Origin: Thraustochytrium aureum
Taxonomy: Eukaryota
Reading direction: 5' to 3'
DNA: 63,876 nt
Assembly: GCA_012862495.1 (NCBI GenBank)
Contig: BLSG01000314.1
Span: 24,501 to 88,376, forward strand
Shown here: positions 46,423 to 59,576 of the stretch, one piece after another
Position numbering within the stretch: position 1 is the first letter of the stretch
How the letters are laid out: every line of letters starts with the position of its first letter
Translations under genes and position numbers: made by a program
The notes under the pieces: generated by a model
Seen by the model: the letters and a program-made list of their open reading frames with translations, nothing else
What the model was told of the DNA's origin: nothing
Database searches by the model: none

Positions 46423-47397
46423 ATGCGGCTTGATGAGACGTGCTGCTCGTACCTGGGGCGCAACTTTTTGATCTCGATCAACCTATTGTCGGCAGTGGTG
46501 GGACTGCTGTTGTGCGCCGGTGGGGCGTACCTTTGGATCGAGTATGAGAACCAGTTCCAGGAGCTCCTGTCCACAGGGCCCATCCTCGGCGTGATGATCG
46601 CTGGGTTTGCGCTGTTCGTTTTGACCATGTTTGGCATCTACGGCGCCGTGACCGGCAAGAGGACCGTGCTGATTACCTACCTGGTGTTTGTGATCGTGCT
46701 GATCGCGCTGGAGGTAGCCGCAAGCATCATCTTCCTGCAATACCTCGACTTTATCGACTCGTCGGAAGGCAGCGAGTCGAGCGAACTGCAGGACCAGACC
46801 GAGATCGCCATCAACAACTTTATCTACAAGTCGTACCAGACGTGCTGCGTGCGCGACGGCAAGAACTGCGGCGCCTTCATCGCCGACGTCGACCCGATCT
46901 ATTGCACGCCCGTCTCCTTTTGCGCCAATCTGAACGCCACGATGACCAAGGCCTGCATCATTGACACCTCGGCCGAGCCCTCGGACAGCATCGAGCTCGG
47001 CGTCTGACGGCCTTCGCACAGTTCAAGACAGACGGCAACCCGCTCGTGGCCAGCGGAGGCGGGCAACAAAGTCACCTGCGGTGGCGGCGTGCCAGAGAAC
47101 TTTGAGGTCGCAGTTACGGCCTGGCTCAAGAACAACATCGAGTTTTTTGGGTACGGCGCGCTGGCGATCGGCATTCTCGAGGTTTTCATCGTGGGCTTTG
47201 CCCTCGTGCTCGTGCTTACTCGGCCACACTTGGTGCCGAAAGCCGAGGTCCTCGACGACGACGACGTCAGTGTTGATGCCAACCGCGTCTCGGTGGCCAT
47301 TCCGATCCAATCTGTTCGCTCGAGCATGCGATCGAGCGTGCGGACCACGCACAGCAACAATTCCAACCGACACTCTTACCGGAGCGACAAGCGTTGA
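46423..47397 (+). CDS. Tetraspanin-family protein; a short out-of-frame segment near 47005-47050
   Basis: Three N-terminal TMs, FGIYGA, a large Cys-rich extracellular loop (TCC..C..C), a fourth TM, and a cytoplasmic tail. Confidence 0.85.
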
Positions 47398-49195
47398 GCG
47401 TAGCTGTGCCTGGCTATCAATGCGCTACGCCGTGGTTGTTTAGAACTGTTTTGTGTTGCAGGCATGTTGTTGGTTCTACTGGAGGCGCGACCAACAAGGC
47501 CGACAGCTTGGACAAGAGAAAGGAAGGGGGGAAAAAAAGACTCTGTTTTGTTTCGAAATAGCGTGTTCTCGAGGCGCTGCTGGTTGGAGACTTGGCCCGC
47601 ACCTTGCCCAGTTCCCAACACGCTCGCGCGAAGCCTCCAAGCCGCAAACAAACAACTTGGCGGGCTGGCGATTGCTCAACTCTTGAAACTGCATGAGGCT
47701 NNNNNNNNNNNNNNNNNNNNNNNNNNNNNNNNNNNNNNNNNNNNNNNNNNNNNNNNNNNNNNNNNNNNNNNNNNNNNNNNNNNNNNNNNNNNNNNNNNNN
47801 NNNNNNNNNNNNNNNNNNNNNNNNNNNNNNNNNNNNNNNNNNNNNNNNNNNNNNNNNNNNNNNNNNNNNNNNNNNNNNNNNNNNNNNNNNNNNNNNNNNN
47901 NNNNNNNNNNNNNNNNNNNNNNNNNNNNNNNNNNNNNNNNNNNNNNNNNNNNNNNNNNNNNNNNNNNNNNNNNNNNNNNNNNNNNNNNNNNNNNNNNNNN
48001 NNNNNNNNNNNNNNNNNNNNNNNNNNNNNNNNNNNNNNNNNNNNNNNNNNNNNNNNNNNNNNNNNNNNNNNNNNNNNNNNNNNNNNNNNNNNNNNNNNNN
48101 NNNNNNNNNNNNNNNNNNNNNNNNNNNNNNNNNNNNNNNNNNNNNNNNNNNNNNNNNNNNNNNNNNNNNNNNNNNNNNNNNNNNNNNNNNNNNNNNNNNN
48201 NNNNNNNNNNNNNNNNNNNNNNNNNNNNNNNNNNNNNNNNNNNNNNNNNNNNNNNNNNNNNNNNNNNNNNNNNNNNNNNNNNNNNNNNNNNNNNNNNNNN
48301 NNNNNNNNNNNNNNNNNNNNNNNNNNNNNNNNNNNNNNNNNNNNNNNNNNNNNNNNNNNNNNNNNNNNNNNNNNNNNNNNNNNNNNNNNNNNNNNNNNNN
48401 NNNNNNNNNNNNNNNNNNNNNNNNNNNNNNNNNNNNNNNNNNNNNNNNCGCGCCCTCAGGGCCTCGGCGGAACGCGCTACTTTCGCGCTCTCCCTCTCTG
48501 CGCGCCTCAGAACTCCGCTCGCGCGACCCACACAGGGCGGCGTCGCAGGCTGCAACTCTCGCCTCGCCACGCGCGCGTTCTTGGGAGGGGGAGCGGAGGC
48601 CCTGAGGACGCGGCTGCGCGCGGAATTATGTCGACGCGGCTCGGCCCCTCACAAGCCGCGACGGAATCTGCACGGTTTCGCGGCGCCCGGCTGCCTCACA
48701 AGATGGGCCGGCCGCGACGGCACTCACAAGGCGCCGCCAGGGAGGCGCTCAAGAGTGGGAACCTAGCTGCTTCACGGAGGTTGTCGGTCGTGAGGAGGGC
48801 CCAGCGCCTGGCCGCTTGCTTTCTCCGAGAGGCGCGGCTGTGGCGCGCACCGCAGTTGGTCGGTCAGGTGCGGGGATGGTATGCGTGGAAATGCGCGGCG
48901 TGCTGTGCTGGAGGATGAGGCGAGGATTACCGAGTACTCGCCCACGAGTTGGCTCGGAACGGGCTGCGCCAGCCGAAGCGGAGACTCTGCCACAAGAAAA
49001 CAAGAGCATCTTCGTGATGTCATGGTCGTTTGCCGGCTTCAACCCCGCGCTTGGCCACGGACGACCGCGAGGGCGGCGCCAGCGCGCTGCCGGTCGCCTG
49101 CAACAAAAACATATCTATTCTACCTTGTAGAGGTTGCCTACCAACCTCTAGCTTGCTTGTACAAACCGCGGCCATGGCGGACCGCTTCTTGGCTC

Positions 49196-49254
49196 CGCGC
49201 TGCGGATCCAGCGCGCTGCGGACCCAGCGCGCTGCGGATCCAGCGCGCTGCGGA
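49196..49254. repeat. 16-bp tandem repeat (CGCGCTGCGGATCCAG, about 3.5 copies)
   Basis: Visible tandem copies just downstream of the ARM gene stop codon. Confidence 0.8.
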
Positions 49255-49263
49255 AACAGCCAG

Positions 49264-50618
49264 TCACTGCACAACGCAGCACATCGTCGGCACCAAGTTG
49301 CCACGTATCTCCAAGGCCAGGCTGCGCGCCTCAAAGTTCGAGGCCGCATCCAGCACCTCGGTCGCAAGCCCCACGACGCCCTGCTCAACCATAACTGGAC
49401 GCACCTCCGGCTCGCACGACAAGTTGCGCAACGTGTCAAGTGCCGCAAGGGTGCCGAGGAGCACTACACCCTTGTCGAGCTTGACGATGGCGCTACAGGT
49501 CTCCACGACACCCGCCGAGGACAGCTCGCGGCGCGTCGAGGTGTGCGTGGAGAGTCCCTGCAAAACCAACAAAGCCTCCGCACGGATCTCGGACGCGCTG
49601 GTCGCCAGCGCGCTCTTGCAAATCTCAAGCACCGACTCGTGCCAGAGCATCGCGTTGGCCACTGCCTTGTCCCGCGCAAAGTTGTCCAGCACGGAGAAGG
49701 CAGCTGCGCGCGCCTCCGCCTCGTCCGTGCCAAAGTCGGCATGGCGCAGGCTCTTGCAAATGTTGCAGCAAGAGTCCAGCAGACCGTGCTCGACCAGGCT
49801 ATCCAAGGGCGCCACGCCGAGCTCGTGGCCCGAGATCGCGTCGAGGATCTGGAGCGCAAAGATGCGCTGCCGGGTTCCATATGTCTCCCCCTCCAGGACC
49901 ACTTTGACCATCGCGACGACTCCGCTCTGCTCGGCGCGCGGCACAACCCGCGGGTCTTTCATGAGCTCCCGAATTATGTAGAGCGCCAGCAAGGCGTTAT
50001 CTACCGCGCACCTGGACGCGTAAACGCGCATGCAAAGTTCGAGGACGCCCCGGTTTGAGAGGACGAGCGCGTTGCTGAGCTTGTCCAGAATGTTTTTCAG
50101 CGCCCCGAGCGCCATGAACTGCGCGCGGTTGTCCAGATCGTCCGTGCAGGCCACGCAAACCTGCACAATGTTGCGCTTGATCATCCACCGCGCGCATTCG
50201 ACGCTACTGGCAGCGTTCAGGATCGTCCCGAGCGCTGCGACGCGGACCTCGTTGGAGTTGCCGCGGTCGGCCAGCTCGATGCAGTCGTCGATGACGCCTC
50301 GCTTGAGGAGCTCGTTGCGTAGTGTTTCGTGCCCTGCCAGGTTGGTCAGGACCGCCTGCGAGCTGCGGTACAGCTCCCGGTCGCCGAGCCCGCCCGGGGT
50401 CGCGATGCTCGGCGTGGCCGCGCCGAGCTGCGCCCCAATTCTCAGCGTCGCGACGACGTCGTTGTCGATGATGTCGTTCGCGATCTCCGGGCTTTCGCTC
50501 AAGACGGCGAGCAGGCCGAGCGCGGCAAGCGTCGGGGTGGACATTGCGTCAGGGGAGCTGGAATCGACGCGGCTCAGCGCTTGGCTCGACACGCGCTTTG
50601 AGCCCGGCGCAGCCCTCA
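49264..50618 (-). CDS. Armadillo-repeat protein ending in a CaaX box (MCCVVQ); 5' end in the gap
   Basis: Repeats of about 42 aa: LTNLA, ALGTILNAA, ALGALKNIL, LDNFA, LQGLS, LDTLRNLS, each followed by a GVV/GVI-type helix. Confidence 0.85.
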
Positions 50619-51517
50619 NNNNNNNNNNNNNNNNNNNNNNNNNNNNNNNNNNNNNNNNNNNNNNNNNNNNNNNNNNNNNNNNNNNNNNNNNNNNNNNNNN
50701 NNNNNNNNNNNNNNNNNNNNNNNNNNNNNNNNNNNNNNNNNNNNNNNNNNNNNNNNNNNNNNNNNNNNNNNNNNNNNNNNNNNNNNNNNNNNNNNNNNNN
50801 NNNNNNNNNNNNNNNNNNNNNNNNNNNNNNNNNNNNNNNNNNNNNNNNNNNNNNNNNNNNNNNNNNNNNNNNNNNNNNNNNNNNNNNNNNNNNNNNNNNN
50901 NNNNNNNNNNNNNNNNNNNNNNNNNNNNNNNNNNNNNNNNNNNNNNNNNNNNNNNNNNNNNNNNNNNNNNNNNNNNNNNNNNNNNNNNNNNNNNNNNNNN
51001 NNNNNNNNNNNNNNNNNNNNNNNNNNNNNNNNNNNNNNNNNNNNNNNNNNNNNNNNNNNNNNNNNNNNNNNNNNNNNNNNNNNNNNNNNNNNNNNNNNNN
51101 NNNNNNNNNNNNNNNNNNNNNNNNNNNNNNNNNNNNNNNNNNNNNNNNNNNNNNNNNNNNNNNNNNNNNNNNNNNNNNNNNNNNNNNNNNNNNNNNNNNN
51201 NNNNNNNNNNNNNNNNNNNNNNNNNNNNNNNNNNNNNNNNNNNNNNNNNNNNNNNNNNNNNNNNNNNNNNNNNNNNNNNNNNNNNNNNNNNNNNNNNNNN
51301 NNNNNNNNNNNNNNNNNNNNNNNNNNNNNNNNNNNNNNNNNNNNNNNNNNNNNNNNNNNNNNNNNNNNNNNNNNNNNNNNNNNNNNNNNNNNNNNNNNNN
51401 NNNNNNNNNNNNNNNNNNNNNNNNNNNNNNNNNNNNNNNNNNNNNNNNNNNNNNNNNNNNNNNNNNNNNNNNNNNNNNNNNNNNNNNNNNNNNNNNNNNN
51501 NNNNNNNNNNNNNNNNN

Positions 51518-53131
51518 GTACATCTCGCGCGAGTGGCCCGCCTCGCCGCTCCGGCGCGCCGCCGGTCCTGACGTCCCTCCCAGGCCCAGGATCTGCGGCA
51601 GCGTGCGCTTGTGGCGCGCGATCTCGTCCTCGACCGGCTCGCCCCGCGTGCGAGGCAGGAGTTTCCAGCTCGACTTGCCGTAGGGTGAGTCCGCGCCGTC
51701 CTGCTCGATCTCGCGCTGCGTGCGGCGCTCGAAAAACTGCGAAGTCTTGTTGGCGGAGGCGAGCATCTCCTCTGGCGGCATGCCGCGAACGGCCACGAGG
51801 CGGATCACCTGGTCGTGCTCGTCGCTTCCCGAGAAGAGCGGCTCGCCAGTGTGCATTTCGACGAGGATGCAGCCCAGCGACCACATGTCGATCGCAACAG
51901 AGTAAGGCCGCCCCAGGATTACCTCCGGCGAGCGGTAAAACCGCGACTGGATGTACGAGTACATCTGCTTGTCTGACTTGCACGAGCTGCCAAAGTCGAT
52001 GACTTTGATGGCGCTTCTTTTGGGGTGGCGTAAAAGGAGGTTTTCAGGTTTCAAGTCGCTGTGGACGATATCCACGTCTTCGCGCGCCAGAAAAAACAGC
52101 GCTTTGAGGATCTGCCGCGCAAACTTGCGAATCAGGTTGAGTGAGACGCCGTAGAACTGCGTGTTGCGCAGCAGATCGTACAGGTTGTATGAGAGCATCT
52201 CAAAGACGAGGCACTGGTGGCTGTGGTGGACAAACGTGTCCAGGAGCCGCACGACAAACCACTTGTCCTCCGGGTCTTTGCGGTTGAGCTCGCTCAAAAG
52301 GGCGATTTCAGTCTTGGCTTGCTGGAAGAACGGTCGCCGGCTCTTGATGATCTTTATGGCGACGTTCTCGCCGCTGCGCTCATCGTAGGCGCGAACCACT
52401 TGGCCGAAGGACCCTTTTGCCGATTTTCTGTTTCACCACGTACCGATCCATCAGCTTCTCCCCGATGCGGATGATGTAGTCTGAGTTTTCGTCGTCGTGC
52501 CCGTTGTTGTACAGGCGCTTCTTCGGAGCGCTTGCTCCGGCGGAGGCCGACAGCGCGGACGCCGCGCCTGCGCCTGCGGCCTCGTCGCCTGCGCCGGGCT
52601 CGACTGATCCTGGGCCCGCCTTTGGTGACTCGCCAGAGCCGCGTGGTGCGACGTTTGCTGACGCGGCAGCGCTGCTTGCAACCGGCGGGTGGCTCGCTGC
52701 AGCGCCGGACGCCGTTGCTGTTGCTGATGAGGAGGAGGAAGAGGAGGATGCCGCTGCGGCGGCCTGCTCTTGCTGCTGCTGCTTTTTCTTCTCGTAGTAC
52801 ACCTGGTTAATGTACTTGTATGTTCGGATGAGGTTGACTGATAGTTTCCGGACTGGCGCGTCCATGGGGTCGCGAAGGGATGCAGGCGTCGGCCCCCCGG
52901 CGCCAAGCGAAACCCCGCTCGCTGATCTCCGGTGCCCGCCTCCACCCTGCTGCAGGCTCCGCTCGCGCGAGCCCGTGCTGCCCTGCGAGGAAGAGGCTGG
53001 CCTGCCGCCGCCAGCCTCGCTCGCCCCGCTGCCGAGCAGCAACTCGCTCGCGGCCGAGTCCACCGCAACGCTAGCGGACCCATCCTCGGGGCTCAAGCTC
53101 TCAGCGCCGCCCTCCGAATCGCCCCTCTGCC
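51518..53131 (-). CDS. DYRK1/minibrain-family dual-specificity kinase, partial (both ends in gaps); an extra A near 52415
   Basis: APVRKLSVNLIRTYKYINQVYY, DH box YNNGHDDENSDY, IGKGSFGQVV after correction, HSDLKPEN, IDFGSSC, YSYIQSRFYRSPE. Confidence 0.93.
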
Positions 53132-55953
53132 NNNNNNNNNNNNNNNNNNNNNNNNNNNNNNNNNNNNNNNNNNNNNNNNNNNNNNNNNNNNNNNNNNNNN
53201 NNNNNNNNNNNNNNNNNNNNNNNNNNNNNNNNNNNNNNNNNNNNNNNNNNNNNNNNNNNNNNNNNNNNNNNNNNNNNNNNNNNNNNNNNNNNNNNNNNNN
53301 NNNNNNNNNNNNNNNNNNNNNNNNNNNNNNNNNNNNNNNNNNNNNNNNNNNNNNNNNNNNNNNNNNNNNNNNNNNNNNNNNNNNNNNNNNNNNNNNNNNN
53401 NNNNNNNNNNNNNNNNNNNNNNNNNNNNNNNNNNNNNNNNNNNNNNNNNNNNNNNNNNNNNNNNNNNNNNNNNNNNNNNNNNNNNNNNNNNNNNNNNNNN
53501 NNNNCCGCTGGCCCGCTGCCTGCCTGCCGCTGCGCGCCTGCTGCTCCCTGCGGTCTGCGCGCCCCTTCGCGGTTCAAACTGCTCCCGAGTACTCTTCTTC
53601 TTTCCCTTTTCTTTCCTTTTTCTGTTCTCCGCTTCTCGTCTGTTCCGGTTTTTTCCCCTCTGTTGCTCGGCGTCCCGAGGAACAACGGCGAGTTCTCTGC
53701 CAGGCTGAGAGCCCGGGGGCGGCGAAACGGCCTTTTCAGGCGCCGCCCGGGCTCGCTGCGTCGGGGCTTCGCGAGCTGCATTCTGCTGCCGATGGGCAGG
53801 CCGATGGGCAGGGGCGTGGGCTGTTGCTGCTCGCGTTGGAGTCGCGTGGGAATGCACCGCAAGTGGGCGGTTTTGGGACGCCGCCAGTCTTGCAATCTGG
53901 GAAGCGAGTCGATCCTTTGGTGCGGCGTCACAGTGCACATTGGGTGCGTCAGGCAGCGTTCGTGTTTGCTCCGAGCGAGCGCTCGCGAGGCGAATGGACT
54001 GGCGGCGCAGAAAGAATGGCATGCAGTTGTTGGAGCGAGACAAAGCAACTTGGCGGGCCCGGGACCGCGACAAACGCGCAGTGCGCCATCGGACCCTCCA
54101 TCCACTTCGAAGAAGTTCGTAGGTGTATAAATAGGTTACATGGCAGTGGAGACGGCGTGCTCACTTCCAAAGCGGCACGCTGCTCCTCAACTTTGACGAG
54201 GACTGGTCCGAGCCGCGACGGCGCTTGTCCCGGATCTGCGCAAGGTGCTGTGGTACTTTGCGCTCTTCGAGTTGCTCCTCAAGCGCTTGGCGCTCCTCGT
54301 CGGAGGTCTTCGCGGGCGAGCTTGGCCTCGAGCGCCATCAGCTCCTCGTTGTCTTCGCGAATCGACTTGTACTTGCCCTCCAAGTACATCTTGATCACCG
54401 TAGACACGGACATGCGTTTGGGCGGGGCCATCTTCCGCGCCTCCAGGCGAAAGCCGCGCGCTGGAGCGGCGCGCTTGCAGCAAGCTGCGTGCCGAGCTGG
54501 CCTGCCGCTCGAGGCTAAGTAGCTTGCTGCAGCTGCGACTCGGCCGTGCCTCGTGCTCCGTGGCTTGCGATGCCCGTTCGGTCTTTGGTTCATGTCCAGG
54601 CAGGCATCAACCAGACCTCGAGGTTTTGTTGCCATTTTGTCACTTGACAACGAGGCTGTCACGTTGCACTGCGGGGGTCGTTCGGACGTCTTTCTGGTAT
54701 TACGGATGATAAAGTAAGTATTAGGCTGAATTCTGTACGACGAGCATATTGCGTAACTCGCTGACTACCGCCCGTCCGCCGCGTCACCGCAAACGTTGGG
54801 ATAGAAGCGACGACGACCGCTGGAAAGCGCCACATGACGGCATCCCTCGCGATACATCATGACATACTTGCCGAGCGCTTTCACCGGGCCGACTCGCCGA
54901 GCAAGGAGGGAGGATCCTCTTTGCCGAGAGTACTTACCTTACGTTTTTTGGTGCTCGCACAACTGACCCAGGATTCCGTGACGCTGAGGCCGCGCCGAGC
55001 ACAAATTTGTTGCCAGATCCGCCGCTGCCGCCTTTGCCCTTGTCGGCCAGCCACCATACCACCGTCGTGCAAAGAGGTGCGTGATCCAGAGTCCAGACCA
55101 GAAAGGCTGACAACGAGTACTTCCAGGCCTCCGGGTGAGCGAGTACTTCCCTGCGGCCGAGCAGAGCAAAGTTTGTGATCCTATTGCTAGCTAGAGTAGA
55201 GTTGCTTTTGGTGGCCCGGCAAACGCGGCCGTACTTACCTAACCTCGACGTCCCACCCACGCACAAGCTCAAGCTCGCGCTTGAGCGGGCCTATCGAGTT
55301 CCTGCCTGCCTCCTGGCCTGCAAGCTCCTTGGTGGTGACCGACCATCAACCCCGCCGAGCATCGTCAATCGCGTCGGGATTCTGTCCGCCAGGGCGCGGA
55401 GAAACGCGGGCCTTGGAGGATAAGCCCGTCTTCTGCGAGTTCGCGCCGCGTGCCTGACCCCAGGCGCCGTTACGCGCCGGGGGCCCTGCGTGGCGGAACG
55501 CATTGCGGCACGCACACACTCGCGCACACGCCGCCTTCTTCCCTCGCGACAGTCACGCACTGCACTCGGAGGTGCTTGCGCGCGCGGTGCTTGCGGTGCT
55601 CGCTCGTTGCGCGCGGTCGGCCACGGCGGCGAGAGGCGCCTGCCCAAGGCCCGCTTGGCGCGCCTGCCCACGGCCCGCTTGGCGCGCTCGCTGGTTCGCT
55701 CGTCCTGACGCGGGGCGAGGCGGGCGGGGGCGGCGCTCGCGATTCATCGTACTTGCACAGCGCCGGAGTTCGCTGGGTGCTGCCGCGACGGGCCGGCTAG
55801 AGAAGGGGCTGCGTGCGAGCTCCGGCAGCGCAGGGCTGCGCGGTGGCCAGCCCGCTCACGCGGCCGGCGCTGCAGGGAGGAGGCTCAAGAGGGCTCGGAG
55901 GTACAGACCGACGCCCCGGGTCGCACGCTGGTGACGGACGACTGCTTCCAGCG

Positions 55954-58900
55954 ATGAGGCTCAGTTTGAAGCAGCGATCGAGGGCGGAGGCACCGGCCGA
56001 GGCAGACGGCGGCGCTGATGTGGGTGGCGCATCGTCGCGGAACTTGCTCCGGCGGCAGTCGCAGGCAGGGCCGTCTGCCCCGCCGGCCGCGAACCCACCG
56101 GTCACGCACGCGCAGGCTTCTGCCGCGCGAACATCCGCCCCCACTGGGGCCCATCCGAACTTGGGCCGGTCAATCTTCAAAGCAGACACCAGCGCCGGAA
56201 TGAACGATGGTGCCTCAAAACGCTTGTCGATCCCAAGGGCACTCAAGGGCCTGTCGAGCAAGATCTCCATGAGGCTGGGCTTTTCGCGAGAGGACCCCGA
56301 AGAGCTGGGCCGCAGACGCGAGTCTCTGCGCCTTGCTGCCGCCTTCGCGGGCCGGACAGGTGATGGGTCGGTCGACCTCGTGGCCATGTCGACCGACGAG
56401 GAGGACGCAACTCCGCTTTTCGACACTGCGGCAGCCTCGGGAAGCGCAGCGTCCGCCATGCGCCGCGCTTGCACCCTCGTCTGCACCTCAGAGAGCGGCC
56501 TCATCGTGACAGAAGACGGCCTGGTTCTGGCCGCAGGCGCCAACGACGAGGGCCAACTGGAGCCCTCGCAGGCCGACGACGCATTTCAGCGCGGAGTGGT
56601 GCGAGTGCAAGAGCCCATATTCAACAACAAGCGCATCGTGCAGGCCGCGCTCGGCGTGGCGCACGCGGCCTTCGTCACATCGGAGGGCTTTGTGATCACC
56701 TACGGTCAAAACGCGTTCGGCCAACTCGGCCACTCGCGCGACCGCGAACCGTTCCGCGTGCCGCCGCGCATCGTCCAAAACCTTGGCCGGGAGATGGCCG
56801 TCCAGGTCGCCTGCTCTGAATCGTCGACCTTTGTGCTCAGCTCGCGCGGCAAAGTGTTCGCCTTTGGGCTGGGCAAGTCTGGCATTCTCGGCCTCGGCGA
56901 GGAGGGCAACCGCAGCGACCCGAAAGAAGTCGGAGGCGCGCTCCGCGGCATTCCGGTCTCGCACATCGCCGCTGGCCAAACGCACGTCGTCGCAGTCACC
57001 ATGACAGGCCGGGTGTACGGCTGGGGCCTCAACGACCGCGGCCAGCTCGGCTACGCAACGCCGTCCACCTTCATGGAGCCTGTGCGGATCCCCATGGAGA
57101 GAACGGTGCGCAGTGCCGCCTGCGGCGCGCAGCACACGGTGATGCTAGCCACCAACAACAAGCTCTACGGCTGCGGCCACAACAAGTCTGGCCAGCTCGG
57201 CGCAAGCGACCCAAACCAGCCGAAAATCGTGCCCCCGCGCCGTCTCCAAGGCCTCTCGGACCTCGGACCCGTTGCCCAGGTTGCAGCGGGAGAGCGCCAC
57301 ACCGCCATCATGCTGGCGGCGGGAAAGGTGTTCGTTTTGGGCGGCGCGAGAAACAAGACCGGGCCACAGCCCGCGTTCCTTGGCGCGTCGGGCACGGACG
57401 AGCGCGTCTTCAAGATCGTCGCGGGGGGCAACGCGACCTACGCCTTTGTGGCGGACACGGCTGCCGACGCAAAGGCGAAGCGCGAGGGCGAAGCTCGCCG
57501 CGCCGTCGAGCAGCCGGAGATGCTGCGTTACGGCCCGAAGCGCCTTCGCGAGAGGCTGCGGCGCTGACCAAGGCCGCGACTGATTTGAAGGGCAAACGCA
57601 AGAGCCTGCGAACCGTGCGCCGCGAGTACCAGCTAGACTTGTTCGACATGCACACGTTGAACGCGTCATTCATCAAGCCCGTGCTGGGCAACAACAGCAC
57701 AGGGGACCGGATTGACGAAAAGCGCAACTCGTGCGCCGACATCCCTGGCATGGTCTCGGCCATGGCCACGCTGTACATCGCGCTCGAAGCGACCATGGGA
57801 CAGCGCGAGTCCCAAATGTACCTGCGGTCGAAAATCGCCCCGCTCGTGGCGCAGCTGGACGAGGCCGCCCCGACGGCCACCGAGCCGGACCAGCTACGTT
57901 GCTACCTTTTGCTGCTCCTCCTGCCTTTCTCCAACGTGGTGGGCAAGGACCACGAGCTCCTCGTGCTGAGCCTCAAGCGGCTGCCAAAGCGCTCTCGCGA
58001 GATCCTGTTCAGCTGGATCAAGCACGACGTCCCCACCGAGGCTTTCCGCGACAACCTGGTCCGGCCGCTGCTCCGCCTCCTGGACAACCTGCTCGTCTAC
58101 CACCGGTTTGACGACGCGAGCGAGTTCTTCTGCCGGCTGCTGGCGCAGTGCAACAAGATCAACATCTCGCGCCGCAAGCACAGCCGGCCGGATTTTGAGC
58201 CCCTGCCGCACACCGAGTTTTACAGCGAGCAGCTCGCCGCTCTGCGCGACGAGGACCTGAGCCGCCTCTTCGAGAAGTGGCGCAAGATTCTCAACGCGCG
58301 CCGGACTATCGCAGACATGCTCACTGTGAACAAGAAACAAGTGGCGGACCCCGTGCTTCTCAACCTGGCCAAAGCGTACACCATCTTTGACTACCCGTTC
58401 CTGCTCAGCGCGGACGCCAAGCGCAAGGTACTCCAGTTTGAGGACCAGCAGACCATGTTCCGCAACCTGCTCTTCAGCCAGCTCTTCCGCAACTCGCCGT
58501 ACTTTAACCTAGAGGTGCGCCGAGACCATTTGCTCCACGACACCGTCTCGAAGCTGGCCATGGTCGACTCGCCCGACCTGAAAAAGCCGCTCCGAGTCAA
58601 GTTTGCCGGCGAGGACGGCTTGGACGCGGGGGGGGTGAAGAAGGAGTTTTTCCAGCTCCTTTCGGCGCAGCTCTTCTCTCCAGAGTTTGGCATGTTTGAG
58701 GAATACGAGGCAACCCGGACGATCTGGTTTCGGTCCGTGCCGCCCGAGATGCAGCTCGAGCAGAGGGAGTTCAGAATGGTCGGTGTTCTTATTGGTCTCG
58801 CGATCTACAACTCGACGCTGCTGGACGTGGCCTTCCCGCTCAGCATGTACCGCATCCTCCTCGGCAAAATGCCCGCTGCGCCGGGCCTCGACGAGCTTGC

Positions 58901-59576
58901 CGAGCTTGACCCAGCCTACGCCAAGAGCCTGCGCTCCATGCTCGAGTACGACCAGGACGACGTCGAAGATGTCTTTTGCCTCTCCTTTGACGTCACGAGG
59001 GACGAGTTTGGCGAAAAGCGCACCATCGAGCTCCTGCCCGGAGGCTCCAACAAGCCGGTTACCAATGCCAACCGCACCCAGTACGTCGAGCTTTTGTGCA
59101 AGTTTATCCTCGTCGACGCTGTGCGTATGCTCGCAGCGCCGCTCCTCGAGGGCTTTAACACGGTCATCCCGCCCAAGCTGGCCTCGCTCAGTCTCTTCGA
59201 GCCCGGCGAGCTCGAGCTCGCGGCCACCGGCAACCCAGAGCTTGACTTTGACGACCTCGAGTTTGTCACTTCCTACGAGGGCGGCTACTCGGCGGACCAC
59301 CCCACGATTGTGGCCTTCTGGCGCGTCGCCAAGCAGTTTACGCTCGAGGAAAAGCGCAAGTTTATGAGCTTCTCGACCGGCTCGCCCAAGGCGCCCGTGG
59401 GCGGCCTCAAGACGACGACGTTCAAGATCCAGCGCGCTGGGCCCGATTCGGACCGGCTCGTCTCGAGCTCGACCTGCTTCAACACCTTGCTCCTGCCCGA
59501 CTACAGCTCTGAGGACAAGCTTCGCCGCAAGCTCCTCATTTCCATCGAGCACAACCAGGGCTTCGGGAACGAGTAG
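55954..59576 (+). CDS. HERC-type E3 ubiquitin ligase (RCC1-like repeats plus HECT); frameshift near 57550
   Basis: GANDEGQL, GQNAFGQLG, WGLNDRGQLG, CGAQHT (RCC1). LKKPLRVKFAGEDGLDAGGVKKEFF, STCFNTLLLPDY, QGFG (HECT with catalytic Cys). Confidence 0.95.

Noticed and set aside
47005..47007. In-frame TGA in the tetraspanin as selenocysteine or a recoded stop
   Set aside because: The alternative frame just after it (TAFAQFKTDGNPLV) is the more protein-like one, pointing to compensating indels. TGA is a genuine stop in other genes here (SERRATE, ARM-CaaX).
890..59552. Many long antisense or overlapping ORFs (e.g. 890..1648, 38021..38956, 58509..59552)
   Set aside because: These are shadow ORFs expected from high GC and codon bias opposite real genes; they carry no independent motifs.
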